Source of the DNA: an uncultured delta proteobacterium
GTDB taxonomy: Bacteria > Desulfobacterota > Binatia > JACPRU01
NCBI GenBank assembly: GCA_963790365.1
Contig: CAWBOU010000050.1
Coordinates: forward strand, 5,056-69,055
Direction: 5' to 3'
DNA: 64,000 nt
The notes beneath the pieces were generated by a model. That model saw nothing but the letters and a program-made list of their open reading frames with translations, was not told the DNA's origin and did not search any database. This document shows positions 49,295-57,837 of the stretch, one piece after another; position 1 is the first letter of the stretch; each line of letters begins with the position of its first letter. The position numbers and the translations under genes were made by a program.

Positions 49295-50368
49295 ATGGAG
49301 GCCGCCCGCACGATCGCTGCGCGCGAGGAACGCGTTCTCTGGGTCGGCGAAGAGCCCGCGAAGCGCAGCGACCCGCGGATCGTGATCGTCGGCCGCTCCG
49401 GCGACGTCGTGGCCGAGCCCGACGCGCTGCCGTTTGCGGACGGGGAGTTCGATCGGGTCGTGCTCCGCGCCGATCCGGAGGCGCTGGCCGGCGGGCGCGG
49501 CGAGCGGCTGCTGCGCGAGCTGGAGCGCGTGACGGCGCCCGCGGGGACCTATCGCCTCCTCGCCTCGGGAGCGGTCGCCCCCGACGTCCGGCGCCAGATC
49601 GGCACGACCCTTCGCGCGATCGGTCTCGAGGCCGACGTCGCGGCTGACGGCGAGCTCGTCGCGAGCGGACGCCGCGAGAGCGGCGTCGACGTCGAGACGT
49701 TCCGCGAGCTCCGCGGCGGCGAAGCCGCGACCCGCTGGAACGACGAGATGTTCGAGTTTCAGCGGACACCCTACGACCCGACGACGATCGCCGGCCGGAT
49801 CTTTCTCCGCCGCGTCCGCTGGGCCGCCGCGCAGGTGCCGACCGCGCCCGGGACGCGCGTGCTCGAAATCGGCTGCGAGGCCGGCGGTCTCCTCCGCCAC
49901 CTACCGGAGACCGCGACGGTGATCGGGCTCGACCTCAGCCTCTCGGCGCTTCGCACCGCGAGTCGCGAGCTCGCCGGCCGCCGCGTGTCGCTCGTGCACG
50001 CCGACGCGACGAAGCCCCTGCCCTTTCGCGACGGCGAGTTCGACGTCGTGCTCGCGAGCGAGATGCTCGAGCACTGCGTCGGCCCGCGCCGCGTGATCGG
50101 CGAGATGCACCGCGTCCTGAAGCCCGACGGCCGCGCGATCCTGACCGTGCCGAACGAGCGCCACTATCTCGCGTGGAAGCAGTGGCTCGCGCGCTTCCCG
50201 CTCACGCGCTGGATGCTGCGCGGGATCGAGGAAGGCCCGGCGGCGTGGCACATCCACCACGACTTCGACCGCGGCAAGCTCCTCTGGCTGATCGAGGGCT
50301 TCTTCGACGTCCAGCGCTCTTCGACGATCTTCGGCACGACGCTCGCCTTCGTTCTGAAAAAGCGCTGA
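49295..50368 (+). CDS. Class I SAM-dependent methyltransferase (two-lobed; Methyltransf_11 motif VLEIGCEAGGLL)
   Basis: 357-aa intact ORF. Motif I at residues ~188-200, motif II FDVVLASEMLEHC, motif III LKPDGRAIL. N-terminal half is a degenerate MTase-like lobe. Confidence 0.7.
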   Translation: MEAARTIAAREERVLWVGEEPAKRSDPRIVIVGRSGDVVAEPDALPFADGEFDRVVLRADPEALAGGRGERLLRELERVTAPAGTYRLLASGAVAPDVRRQIGTTLRAIGLEADVAADGELVASGRRESGVDVETFRELRGGEAATRWNDEMFEFQRTPYDPTTIAGRIFLRRVRWAAAQVPTAPGTRVLEIGCEAGGLLRHLPETATVIGLDLSLSALRTASRELAGRRVSLVHADATKPLPFRDGEFDVVLASEMLEHCVGPRRVIGEMHRVLKPDGRAILTVPNERHYLAWKQWLARFPLTRWMLRGIEEGPAAWHIHHDFDRGKLLWLIEGFFDVQRSSTIFGTTLAFVLKKR

Positions 50369-50390
50369 CGGAAGAAGCGTTGCGCGCGCG

Positions 50391-51350
50391 ATGAGGACGA
50401 ACGAGCGACTCGCGGAGGAGCTCTTGCGCGTCGCGCGTGATTCGTGCGCCGAGGCCTGGCGGCTCGCGACCGACGCCGGCGAGCGCGCGCGCTTCCGGGA
50501 AATTCGGCGGCTCCGCCGCTGGCCACGCCGCACGCCGACGGAGACGACGCTCCTCGGCCCCGCGATCCGGCTCGTCGATGCCGGGTCGTTTCTCCACGCG
50601 TACGAGGAGATCGCGGTGCGCGAGGTGTACGCGTTCGCGTCGCGTCGGCGGCCGATGCGCGTCGTCGATTGCGGCGCGAACGTCGGCGTCTCGGTCGCGT
50701 ATTGGAAGCGGCTCGATCCGAGCGCGCGGATCACGGCGATCGAGCCCGATCCCGCGATCTTCGCCGCGCTCATCGAGAACTGTCGCCGGCTCGGTCACAC
50801 CGACGTCGAGACGATCGAGGCCGCCGTCTGGACCGCGGAGGGCCGCGCGCGATTCTGGACCGAGGGCGCGGACTCCGGCCGCCTGCTCGAGGCGAGCGAG
50901 ACCGGTGACGGCGGCAGCGAGGCCGGCGTTCGCACGATCCGCCTGCGCGATCTCCTGAGCGAGCCGATCGATCTCCTGAAGCTCGACGTCGAAGGCGCCG
51001 AGCCCGAGATCCTCGCCGACTGCGCGGATCGGCTCGGCGAGGTCGACCACCTCTTCGTCGAGGTGCACGGCTTCCTCGGCAAGCCGCAGCCGCTCGCCGA
51101 CGTGCTCGCGATCCTCAAGGCTGCCGGCTACCGCGTCGAGCTTCGGCCCGAGCGCCCGGCGACGCGGCCGTTTCTCGATACGCGCGATGTACGGCGGGAA
51201 TGGATCTACAGGTCGGCGTCTTCGCCAAGCGCTGAGACGACGCGTCAGGTCGCTCCGCATCGCCGAGGTGGGTCGGCGATGACCAGCCGTGGTAGGAGCG
51301 GACAACGTTTGAACGGACAGGCGGAGAACCACCGATGGATGGTGATGTGA
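50391..51350 (+). CDS. FkbM-family methyltransferase
   Basis: MRVVDCGANVGVSVAYW ... DLLKLDVEGAEPEIL ... HLFVEVH are FkbM-domain hallmarks. The C-terminal ~50 aa (Ser/Arg-rich) overlap the P450 start and may be a frameshift artefact. Confidence 0.65.
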   Translation: MRTNERLAEELLRVARDSCAEAWRLATDAGERARFREIRRLRRWPRRTPTETTLLGPAIRLVDAGSFLHAYEEIAVREVYAFASRRRPMRVVDCGANVGVSVAYWKRLDPSARITAIEPDPAIFAALIENCRRLGHTDVETIEAAVWTAEGRARFWTEGADSGRLLEASETGDGGSEAGVRTIRLRDLLSEPIDLLKLDVEGAEPEILADCADRLGEVDHLFVEVHGFLGKPQPLADVLAILKAAGYRVELRPERPATRPFLDTRDVRREWIYRSASSPSAETTRQVAPHRRGGSAMTSRGRSGQRLNGQAENHRWMVM

Positions 51351-52581
51351 GCGCTGACTTCGATCCGTTGAGCGAGGCCTATCTCGCCGACCCCTATCCC
51401 TTCCTGACTGCAGCGCGGGAGGCTGCACCCGCCTTCTACTGCGATGCGATCGACCATTGGATCGTGACGCGTTATCACGACATCCGTCACATCTTCCGGA
51501 CACCAGCGCAGTTCTCCGCGGCGAATGCCAACTCGCCCCTGCGCCCACCGTGTCCGATGGCGGCCAAGAGCCTCGAGGAGGGCGGCTTTCGCGCAGTCCC
51601 CACGCTCGCCAACGTCGACCCGCCCGCGCACACGCGCGTGCGTAAGCTCGCCAACGTTGCCTTCACCCCGAAGCGGGTAGCGGAAATGGAGGACTTCGTT
51701 CGCGATCTCGTGACGCGCTTCTGCGCCGAGCGCTTGCGCGACGGTCATGCCGACATCGTACGAGACCTCGCCTGGGAACTCCCCGCTCTCGTCCTCTTTC
51801 GTATCTTGGGCGTCCCCGACCACGAGGTGCCTCGCGTCAAGGCGGGCTCGTGGAACCGCATCCTCTTCATTTACGGTCGTCCGACCGACGTGCTCCAGAT
51901 GCAAGCGGCCGAGGGCATGGCCGCGTTCTGGCGCTATGCCGAAGGTGTCGTCGAGTCACGCCAGAAGGAACCGCGCGAGGATTTCATCAGCGATCTCGTC
52001 CATGCGAAGGATGCTGACGGGCTGGGTCTGACGCTGCCGCAGGCAACGACGATCGTGCTCAACCTGCTCTTCGCCGGGCATGAAACGACGACCGGCCTGC
52101 TCGGTAACGCTTTTCGACGATTGCTCGCCGACCGGCCCGCCTGGCAGGCGATCTGCGAGGAGCCTGCGCTCATCCCGAACGCCGTGCGAGGAAGTCTTGC
52201 GTCTCGATAGCTCGGTGATCGCTTGGCGCCGCCGCACGAAGCAGGCGGTCGTGGTCGGGGGGTGTCGGTCCCGCGGACGCCGGTCTTCTGCTCATGCTCG
52301 GTGCGGCAAATCGCGATCCTGAAGTCTTCCCCGATCCTGATCGGCTCGACATCCGGCGGGCGAACGCAGATGAGCATCTATCCTTCGGGAGTGGCCCACA
52401 CTTCTGTCTTGGCGCGCCGCTCGCACGACTCCAAGGCCGGGTGGTTCTGGAAGTGGTCTCGTCGCGCCTACCCGACCTGCGACTCACAGACGGGGTGCCG
52501 CTCCAGTTCGCGCCGAACGTATCGTTCCGGGGGCCGTTGTCGTTGCCGGTCGAGTGGAACGTCGGCGCGCCGTCTCACTAG
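51335..52581 (+). pseudogene. Cytochrome P450 disrupted by three single-base indels in G/C runs
   Basis: Frame 1 holds the I-helix LLFAGHETTTGLLGNA and ends ...EEPALIPNAV-RGSLASR*. Frame 2 holds the K-helix [25 protein letters not shown]. Frame 3 holds [29 protein letters not shown]...[23 protein letters not shown] (heme-binding FxxGxHxCxG). Junctions are an extra C at ~52188, a G lost from a G6 run at ~52255-52260, and a G lost at ~52273. Confidence 0.7.
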
Positions 52582-52645
52582 CGGTTCGATCGCTTACGGC
52601 GCGGAGAGCTCGAGCGGTCCCCGGCGACGACCACCTTGCCGTCGC

Positions 52646-53836
52646 CTACGCCGTCGCCAAGAACTCCGGCGGCCGCACGAACGTTTCGTCGCGTCCCGGC
52701 GGCACCGGCACGCGGAGGTGCTGCTTCTTCGCCAGGCGGAGCAGCACCTTCCAGGAGTTCTCGAACTCCTCCATCGTCTTCAGCTCGAGGAGGTTCTCCT
52801 TCTTCATCGCCTCGAGAACCTCTTCGCCCTTGCGCGTGCGCGCGATCACGATCGTCCAGTCGGTGGTGCCGACGCCGCCGCAGGAGATGTCCGCGAGCTC
52901 GGCCGAGAAGTCGCCGCAGTGATGGCACTCGGGCCGCGCGTACTCCTGCGCCTTCCGGAGCGACAGCTCCACGAGCTCACCGTTCTTCTTGTAGATGAGC
53001 ACCTTCCCCTTGACGTTGAACTGCCGGATGTCTTCGAGCGGGATGCCCATCTCGCCGGAGATCTTGTCGACCATCAGGCCCTGGAAATCGAAGACCTCGG
53101 TGCAGAGGAGCCCGATGTTGAGCTTCACGCGCTCGGCGTAGCCCTTGAGAAAGCCGGTCTGCTTCTGGACCATGGCTTCCTTCTTTTTCTCGGTCACGAG
53201 GAAGCCCGAGTTCTTGAGCTCCATCTTCCGAATGGGCGTCACCTGGCAGGGCACGCCGACGAAGGCGACCTGCTTCAGGTCCTTCTCCTTCGCCTGCTCG
53301 AGCGCGAGATTGTTCGGCACGTAGGTGTACCAGGAGCCTGCCGCGGCGATGACCTCGTCGGCCGTCGTCACGCACTTCGGCACGGGCGCGCACGGCTTGT
53401 CGGCTTCGGTCGCGGAAACGACCGCGCCGTCGAGGTAGCCGTTGCGAAGACCCCAGAGGAGGATGCCGGTGACGACGCCGCCGTCCTGCCCACGTTTCAC
53501 CAGCTCCGGGTCGGAGGCGCGCGCGACGAAGATCTGCCGATAGCGGCCGAAGACGTTCTTGTGCTGCGGGTTCTCGTCGCCGAAGACGAGGTCGGCGAGC
53601 TGGAATTCGCGCGGATAGAGGCGTGGGCAGACTTGCGCGCAGACGTCGCAGCCGATGCCCTCGCTGATGCCGCAGAAGTCGAACGGGTTCGTCGCCTTCG
53701 CGACCTGCTTCGGTTTCCCGTCGACGTAGTCGATCACGTTGTGCGGACAAACGAGGACGCAGGAGCCGCACTCGCAGCAACTCCCGAAGTCCACGACCTC
53801 GTTCATCATCATCTTGAAGCTGGGATTCTCGACCAT
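52646..53836 (-). CDS. Coenzyme F420 hydrogenase/dehydrogenase beta-subunit (FrhB/FdhB/FpoF) family protein with N-terminal 2x[4Fe-4S] ferredoxin motifs
   Basis: CCECGSCVLVCPHNV and CDVCAQVCP cysteine clusters, then the FrhB-like domain. Lys-rich composition (KKKEAMVQKQTGFLKGY, LIYKKNGELVELSLRK, AMKKENLLELKTMEEFENSWK) is strikingly unlike the Arg-rich proteome of the rest of the window. Confidence 0.7.
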   Translation of the reverse strand: MVENPSFKMMMNEVVDFGSCCECGSCVLVCPHNVIDYVDGKPKQVAKATNPFDFCGISEGIGCDVCAQVCPRLYPREFQLADLVFGDENPQHKNVFGRYRQIFVARASDPELVKRGQDGGVVTGILLWGLRNGYLDGAVVSATEADKPCAPVPKCVTTADEVIAAAGSWYTYVPNNLALEQAKEKDLKQVAFVGVPCQVTPIRKMELKNSGFLVTEKKKEAMVQKQTGFLKGYAERVKLNIGLLCTEVFDFQGLMVDKISGEMGIPLEDIRQFNVKGKVLIYKKNGELVELSLRKAQEYARPECHHCGDFSAELADISCGGVGTTDWTIVIARTRKGEEVLEAMKKENLLELKTMEEFENSWKVLLRLAKKQHLRVPVPPGRDETFVRPPEFLATA

Positions 53837-53887
53837 GTGACGTTCGACCTATCGACCGGCCTGGCGCGAGTCAATTTGCGGGGATGC

Positions 53888-54427
53888 CTAACGCGGGCCG
53901 AGGATCTCCTCGTCCTCTTCCGCGGCGGGCGGTTCCGGCACGGCGGTCGGCTCCGCTTTGGCCGGCGGCGCGTCGTCCGGCAGCTCTGCTTCCTCCGCCT
54001 CCTTCGACGGCTTCAGCACCTCCGTCGGCTCCGCCTTTGGTTCCTCGGCTTTCTCGGCGTCCGGCTTCGGCTCGTCCTTGACGAGCGGCTTTGCCGGCCG
54101 CGTCTGCGTCTTCGGCGGCGGCATCGCCTTCGTCTGCGTCACGAGATCGCGCGGGATGTAGATCACACGCCCCACCTTGAGACGCGCGCAGCACTCGGTC
54201 AGGCCGGAGTTCACCGGGTCGACCATCTGCCGCCAGTTCGAAGCGTCGCCCGTGTACCACTTGGCGATCGACGAGAGGGTCTGCCCGCTGAAGTTGACGC
54301 GATGGACGAAGAGCAGCGGCGCTTTCACCGTCGGTTCCGCCGGCGGAGGAGGCGGCGCGGGCGGCGGCGCCGGGCGGCAGCCGAGCATCACGAGCGTCAA
54401 CGCGAGCATCGCCACGAGTCTCATCAC
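53888..54427 (-). CDS. LysM-domain lipoprotein with Lys/Glu/Pro-rich C-terminal tail
   Basis: Signal with lipobox-like LVMLG/C, a Pro-rich stretch, a LysM-like core (FVHRVNFSGQTLSSIAKWYTGDASNWRQMVDPVNSGLTECCARLKVGRVIYIP), and a KPxxE-rich tail. Confidence 0.6.
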   Translation of the reverse strand: MMRLVAMLALTLVMLGCRPAPPPAPPPPPAEPTVKAPLLFVHRVNFSGQTLSSIAKWYTGDASNWRQMVDPVNSGLTECCARLKVGRVIYIPRDLVTQTKAMPPPKTQTRPAKPLVKDEPKPDAEKAEEPKAEPTEVLKPSKEAEEAELPDDAPPAKAEPTAVPEPPAAEEDEEILGPR

Positions 54428-54428
54428 G

Positions 54429-56249
54429 TCATCCTCCCAGTCGCGCCTTCCGCTTCTCGAGCAAGGCGTTTCCCGGCATCGCCCTGAGACCTTCCTTCAC
54501 GGCCTTCAGCGCGTCGTCCTTCTCGCCCATCTTCTCGAGACTGATCGAGAGATTGTAGTAGACGTCGGAGAGGTACTCCGGCGCGAGCTTGACGAGCTCG
54601 CGATACTGCTCGACGGCGCCGGGATACTTCCCTTGCTGGTGGTAGAGGACGGCGAGGTTGAACCGCGCGTCCATCGCGCGCGGATCGAGACGAATCGCGC
54701 GGAAGTATTCGTCCGCCGCGGCATCCCGATCCCCGCTCTTCGCGAGCGCCTTGCCGAGCAGGTAGTGGAGCTCGGCGCTCGAAGGATCGGCGTCGCTCGC
54801 GGCGCGGAGCCAGCGCTTCGCCTCCGGAGAGTCGGCCGCGGCGAGCCGCTTCGCCTCGCGCGACAGCGTCGCGGTGTAAATCTTCCGATTCGGCTCGCGG
54901 AGCCGCGGCGCCTGCGCGAACGCCGTCTGGAACTCCTCGATCGCCTTCGCGTCGTCGCCGCCGTCGACCGAAGCGAGCGCCCGCTCGATCGCGAGCTCGC
55001 CCGGATCGCGCGGCGGCGGCTCCGGCTTCGTCTCGGGCACCTCGGCCGGCGCCTCCGCGGGCGCCGAGCCCTTCTCTTCGTCCTTCGGCAGGCTCGCCTG
55101 GCGTCCCGGATCCGGCTCCTCGACGGCGACGCTCCCGCCCGTCTTCGCCGACGGATTCGGCACGATCGCGAGCGTGACGAGCCCGGCCACCGCGCCGCCG
55201 ATCGCCGCGATCCACCTCGGGGAAAGGTCTCCGACGATCGCCCCGAGGCCGCGTCGCTTCTTGCCCATCACCGAGACGCGCAGCGCCTCGGCCGTCTGAT
55301 CGCCCATGCGGTCGTCGAAGAGGAGCCGCATGTAGTTCGCGATCTGCAGCGTGCCGCCGACGTCGGATGCCGAGTGCAGGTGCTCTTCCAGCGCGCGCTG
55401 CATGGCGCCCGCCGATTCGAACCGTGCGTTCGGATCCGCTGCGAGCGAGCGGCGCAGGATGTCGCGCACTCCGCGCGTCAGCCCCGGGACGGATTTCGCC
55501 ACCTCGTCGGGGTTCACGTGAAGAATGGCGTCGAGAATCTCGGCCGGATTCGTCTGCGTGAAGAGCTTCTTGCCGACGAGGAGCTCGTAGAAGACGAGGC
55601 CGATCGCGAACACGTCGCTGCGCGCGTCGAGCTTCTTGCCGGAGACCTGCTCCGGCGAGAGGTAGGCGAACTTGCCCTTCAGCACGCCCTGCGTCGCGCG
55701 CGAGTTCTCGGCCACCGCCTTCGCGATGCCGAAGTCGACGACCTTCACCTCGCCTTCGTAGGAGACGAGGACGTTCTGCGGGCTCACGTCGCGATGGACG
55801 ATCCTCAGGGGATTCCCCTGCTCGTCGACCTTGCGATGCGCGTTGTCGAGACCGGCGCAGGAGCGCGCGATGATGTCGCACGCGAGGTCCACCGGCATCG
55901 GCAGCTTTCGCTCGGCAGCTCGCGTTTGGATGCTCCGGAGGTTCTGCCCCGGAACGTACTCCATCGCGATGAAGTAGAAGTCGTCGATCTTCCCGAAGTC
56001 GAAGATCTGCACGATGTTCGGGTGCGAGAGCCGCGCGGCGATCTTCGCCTCGTTGATGAACATCGAGACGAAGTCCGGATTCCACGAGAGCTCCGGGAGG
56101 ATCCGCTTGATCGCGACGACCTTCTCGAAGCCCTCGACGCCGGTCCGCTTGGCGAGGAACAGCTCGGCCATGCCGCCCTCGGCGATCTTCTCGAGGAGAC
56201 GGTAGTCGCCGAAAGGTTGGCCGCCGGAGCCCGAGCCAGTCTTTTCCAT
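54429..56249 (-). CDS. Hanks-type serine/threonine protein kinase with C-terminal TM segment and TPR repeats
   Basis: ATG at 56249. Kinase subdomains GDYRLLEKIAEGGMAELF (G-loop), VAIKRI (VAIK), HRDVSPQNVL (catalytic loop), DFGIAK (DFG), YLSPE (APE), TM helix IAAIGGAVAGLVTLAIV, then TPR-like repeats. Confidence 0.8.
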   Translation of the reverse strand: MEKTGSGSGGQPFGDYRLLEKIAEGGMAELFLAKRTGVEGFEKVVAIKRILPELSWNPDFVSMFINEAKIAARLSHPNIVQIFDFGKIDDFYFIAMEYVPGQNLRSIQTRAAERKLPMPVDLACDIIARSCAGLDNAHRKVDEQGNPLRIVHRDVSPQNVLVSYEGEVKVVDFGIAKAVAENSRATQGVLKGKFAYLSPEQVSGKKLDARSDVFAIGLVFYELLVGKKLFTQTNPAEILDAILHVNPDEVAKSVPGLTRGVRDILRRSLAADPNARFESAGAMQRALEEHLHSASDVGGTLQIANYMRLLFDDRMGDQTAEALRVSVMGKKRRGLGAIVGDLSPRWIAAIGGAVAGLVTLAIVPNPSAKTGGSVAVEEPDPGRQASLPKDEEKGSAPAEAPAEVPETKPEPPPRDPGELAIERALASVDGGDDAKAIEEFQTAFAQAPRLREPNRKIYTATLSREAKRLAAADSPEAKRWLRAASDADPSSAELHYLLGKALAKSGDRDAAADEYFRAIRLDPRAMDARFNLAVLYHQQGKYPGAVEQYRELVKLAPEYLSDVYYNLSISLEKMGEKDDALKAVKEGLRAMPGNALLEKRKARLGG

Positions 56250-56254
56250 GTCCG

Positions 56255-57712
56255 TCAGGCGAGCCAGGAGATCGCCTGGATCTCCGTGTACTCGTGCATC
56301 CCCCAAATGCCGCCTTCGCGCCCGATGCCGCTGTCTTTGAAGCCCCCAAAGGGAGCGTTCCACAGATTGAACGCGCCGTTGATTCCGAGCGTGCCTGTCC
56401 GGATGCGCCGCGCGATCTCGAGCGCGCGCGGCGTGTCCTTCGTGAGGATGGCGCCGCCGAGACCGTAGGCCGATTCGTTCGCGATCCGGACCGCCTCGTC
56501 GTCGTCCGCGTAGGGCAGCACGGACGCGACGGGGCCGAAGATCTCCTCGCGTGCGATCTTCATGTCGTTCCGCACGTTCGCGAACACGGTCGGCTCGAGG
56601 AACCAGCCGCGCGCGAGATGCTTCGGGCGCCCGCCGCCCGCCGCGAGATCGGCGCCGTCGCGCTTGCCGGACTCGATGTAGCTCTCGATCTGCGCGCGGC
56701 GCTCGGGACGGATCACCGGCCCGAGCGTGTTCGACGGATCCTCGGGATCGCCGACACGCACCATCGCGCCGAGGAAGCCGACGAGCTTCTCGACGAGCGC
56801 GTCGTGCTTCGACTTCGGCACGAGGATTCGCGTGTTGATCGCGCAGCCCTGCCCCGCGTGGAAGAACGCCGGGCTCGCCGCCGTCATCACCGCCTCGTCG
56901 AGATCGTAGTCGTCGAGCACGATGAGCGCGGACTTGCCGCCGAGCTCGAGATGGACGCGCTTCAGCGTCTTCGCCGCCGACTCCATGATGCGCTTGCCGG
57001 TCGCGACGCTGCCCGTGAAACTCACCTTGTCGACGAGCGGGCTCTCGACGAGCGCCGCACCGAGCTCGGGTCCATCTCCACAGACGACGTTGTAGACGCC
57101 CTTCGGCAGATCGCACTCGGCGACGATCTCGGCGAGCATCAGGTCGACGAGCGGCACGTAGGGCGACGGCTTGAAGACCATCGTGCAGCCCGTCGCGATC
57201 GCGGGGCCGAGCTTCTGCACGGAGACGAACAGCGGGAAGTTCCAGGTCGGGATGAGCCCGCAGACGCCGGCCGGCTGATGAACGATGAGGCTCGCCGCGG
57301 TACGGAGGCCGGTCGCGGTCGGCACGGTGACGGGCGCCGTCGGCTGCTCGAACGGGAAGCTCAGCGCGAGGTCCGCGTAGATCCGCAGGAGCTGGATCGG
57401 GATCTCGAGCTGAATGTAGTGCGTGATGTATTCGGCGCCGGCGGCCGCGACGAGGACGCGCCGGAAGTCCTCCTTCCGCGCTTCGACGCCGTCCGCGATG
57501 CGGTGGAGGATGCGATGGCGGTCGGCCGGGGTGGTTTGGCGCCACGGCCCTTCGTCGAACGCGCGCCGCGCCGCGGCGATCGCCCGTTCCAGATCCTCGA
57601 CGCCGGCGTTCGGGACGTCGGCGACGACGTCTTCCGTCGCCGGGTTCGGCACCGGATAGGTCCGCCCCGAGCGGGCGGAGACCCATTCGCCGTCGATCAG
57701 CATCTTCGGCAT
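56255..57712 (-). CDS. NAD(P)-dependent aldehyde dehydrogenase family protein
   Basis: ATG at 57712 (MPKMLIDGEWV...). Motifs VHLELGGKSALIV, catalytic Cys region FFHAGQGCAINTRILV, EEIFGPV. The track start (GTG at 57730) is less likely. Confidence 0.85.
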   Translation of the reverse strand: MPKMLIDGEWVSARSGRTYPVPNPATEDVVADVPNAGVEDLERAIAAARRAFDEGPWRQTTPADRHRILHRIADGVEARKEDFRRVLVAAAGAEYITHYIQLEIPIQLLRIYADLALSFPFEQPTAPVTVPTATGLRTAASLIVHQPAGVCGLIPTWNFPLFVSVQKLGPAIATGCTMVFKPSPYVPLVDLMLAEIVAECDLPKGVYNVVCGDGPELGAALVESPLVDKVSFTGSVATGKRIMESAAKTLKRVHLELGGKSALIVLDDYDLDEAVMTAASPAFFHAGQGCAINTRILVPKSKHDALVEKLVGFLGAMVRVGDPEDPSNTLGPVIRPERRAQIESYIESGKRDGADLAAGGGRPKHLARGWFLEPTVFANVRNDMKIAREEIFGPVASVLPYADDDEAVRIANESAYGLGGAILTKDTPRALEIARRIRTGTLGINGAFNLWNAPFGGFKDSGIGREGGIWGMHEYTEIQAISWLA

Positions 57713-57754
57713 GGACCCTGGATATGACACGAATCCGCGGGCCGTGGCGAGGCA

Positions 57755-57837
57755 GGGGACGTTGCGCTCTTATCGCTCTTTCAGATCGGGGCTAGCGTCC
57801 AAGCTCGTCGAAAGAGCGATAAGAGCGCAACGTCCCC
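57755..57837 (-). terminator. Perfect 28-bp inverted repeat (GGGGACGTTGCGCTCTTATCGCTCTTTC / GAAAGAGCGATAAGAGCGCAACGTCCCC) with 27-nt loop, immediately 3' of the ZIP transporter stop codon; terminator-like or regulatory/REP-like hairpin without U-tract
   Basis: Both arms identical as reverse complements. Located between the ZIP stop (57838-57840) and the ALDH start. Confidence 0.5.

Noticed and set aside
46137-49769. Single 1210-aa ORF spanning the GT2 and PABS-like genes
   Set aside because: It is a read-through artefact. The N-terminal 180 codons and the middle 250 codons are Arg-rich junk. The real coding segments (membrane domain, PABS core, C-terminal TM domain, GT2) are separate genes or frameshifted pieces.
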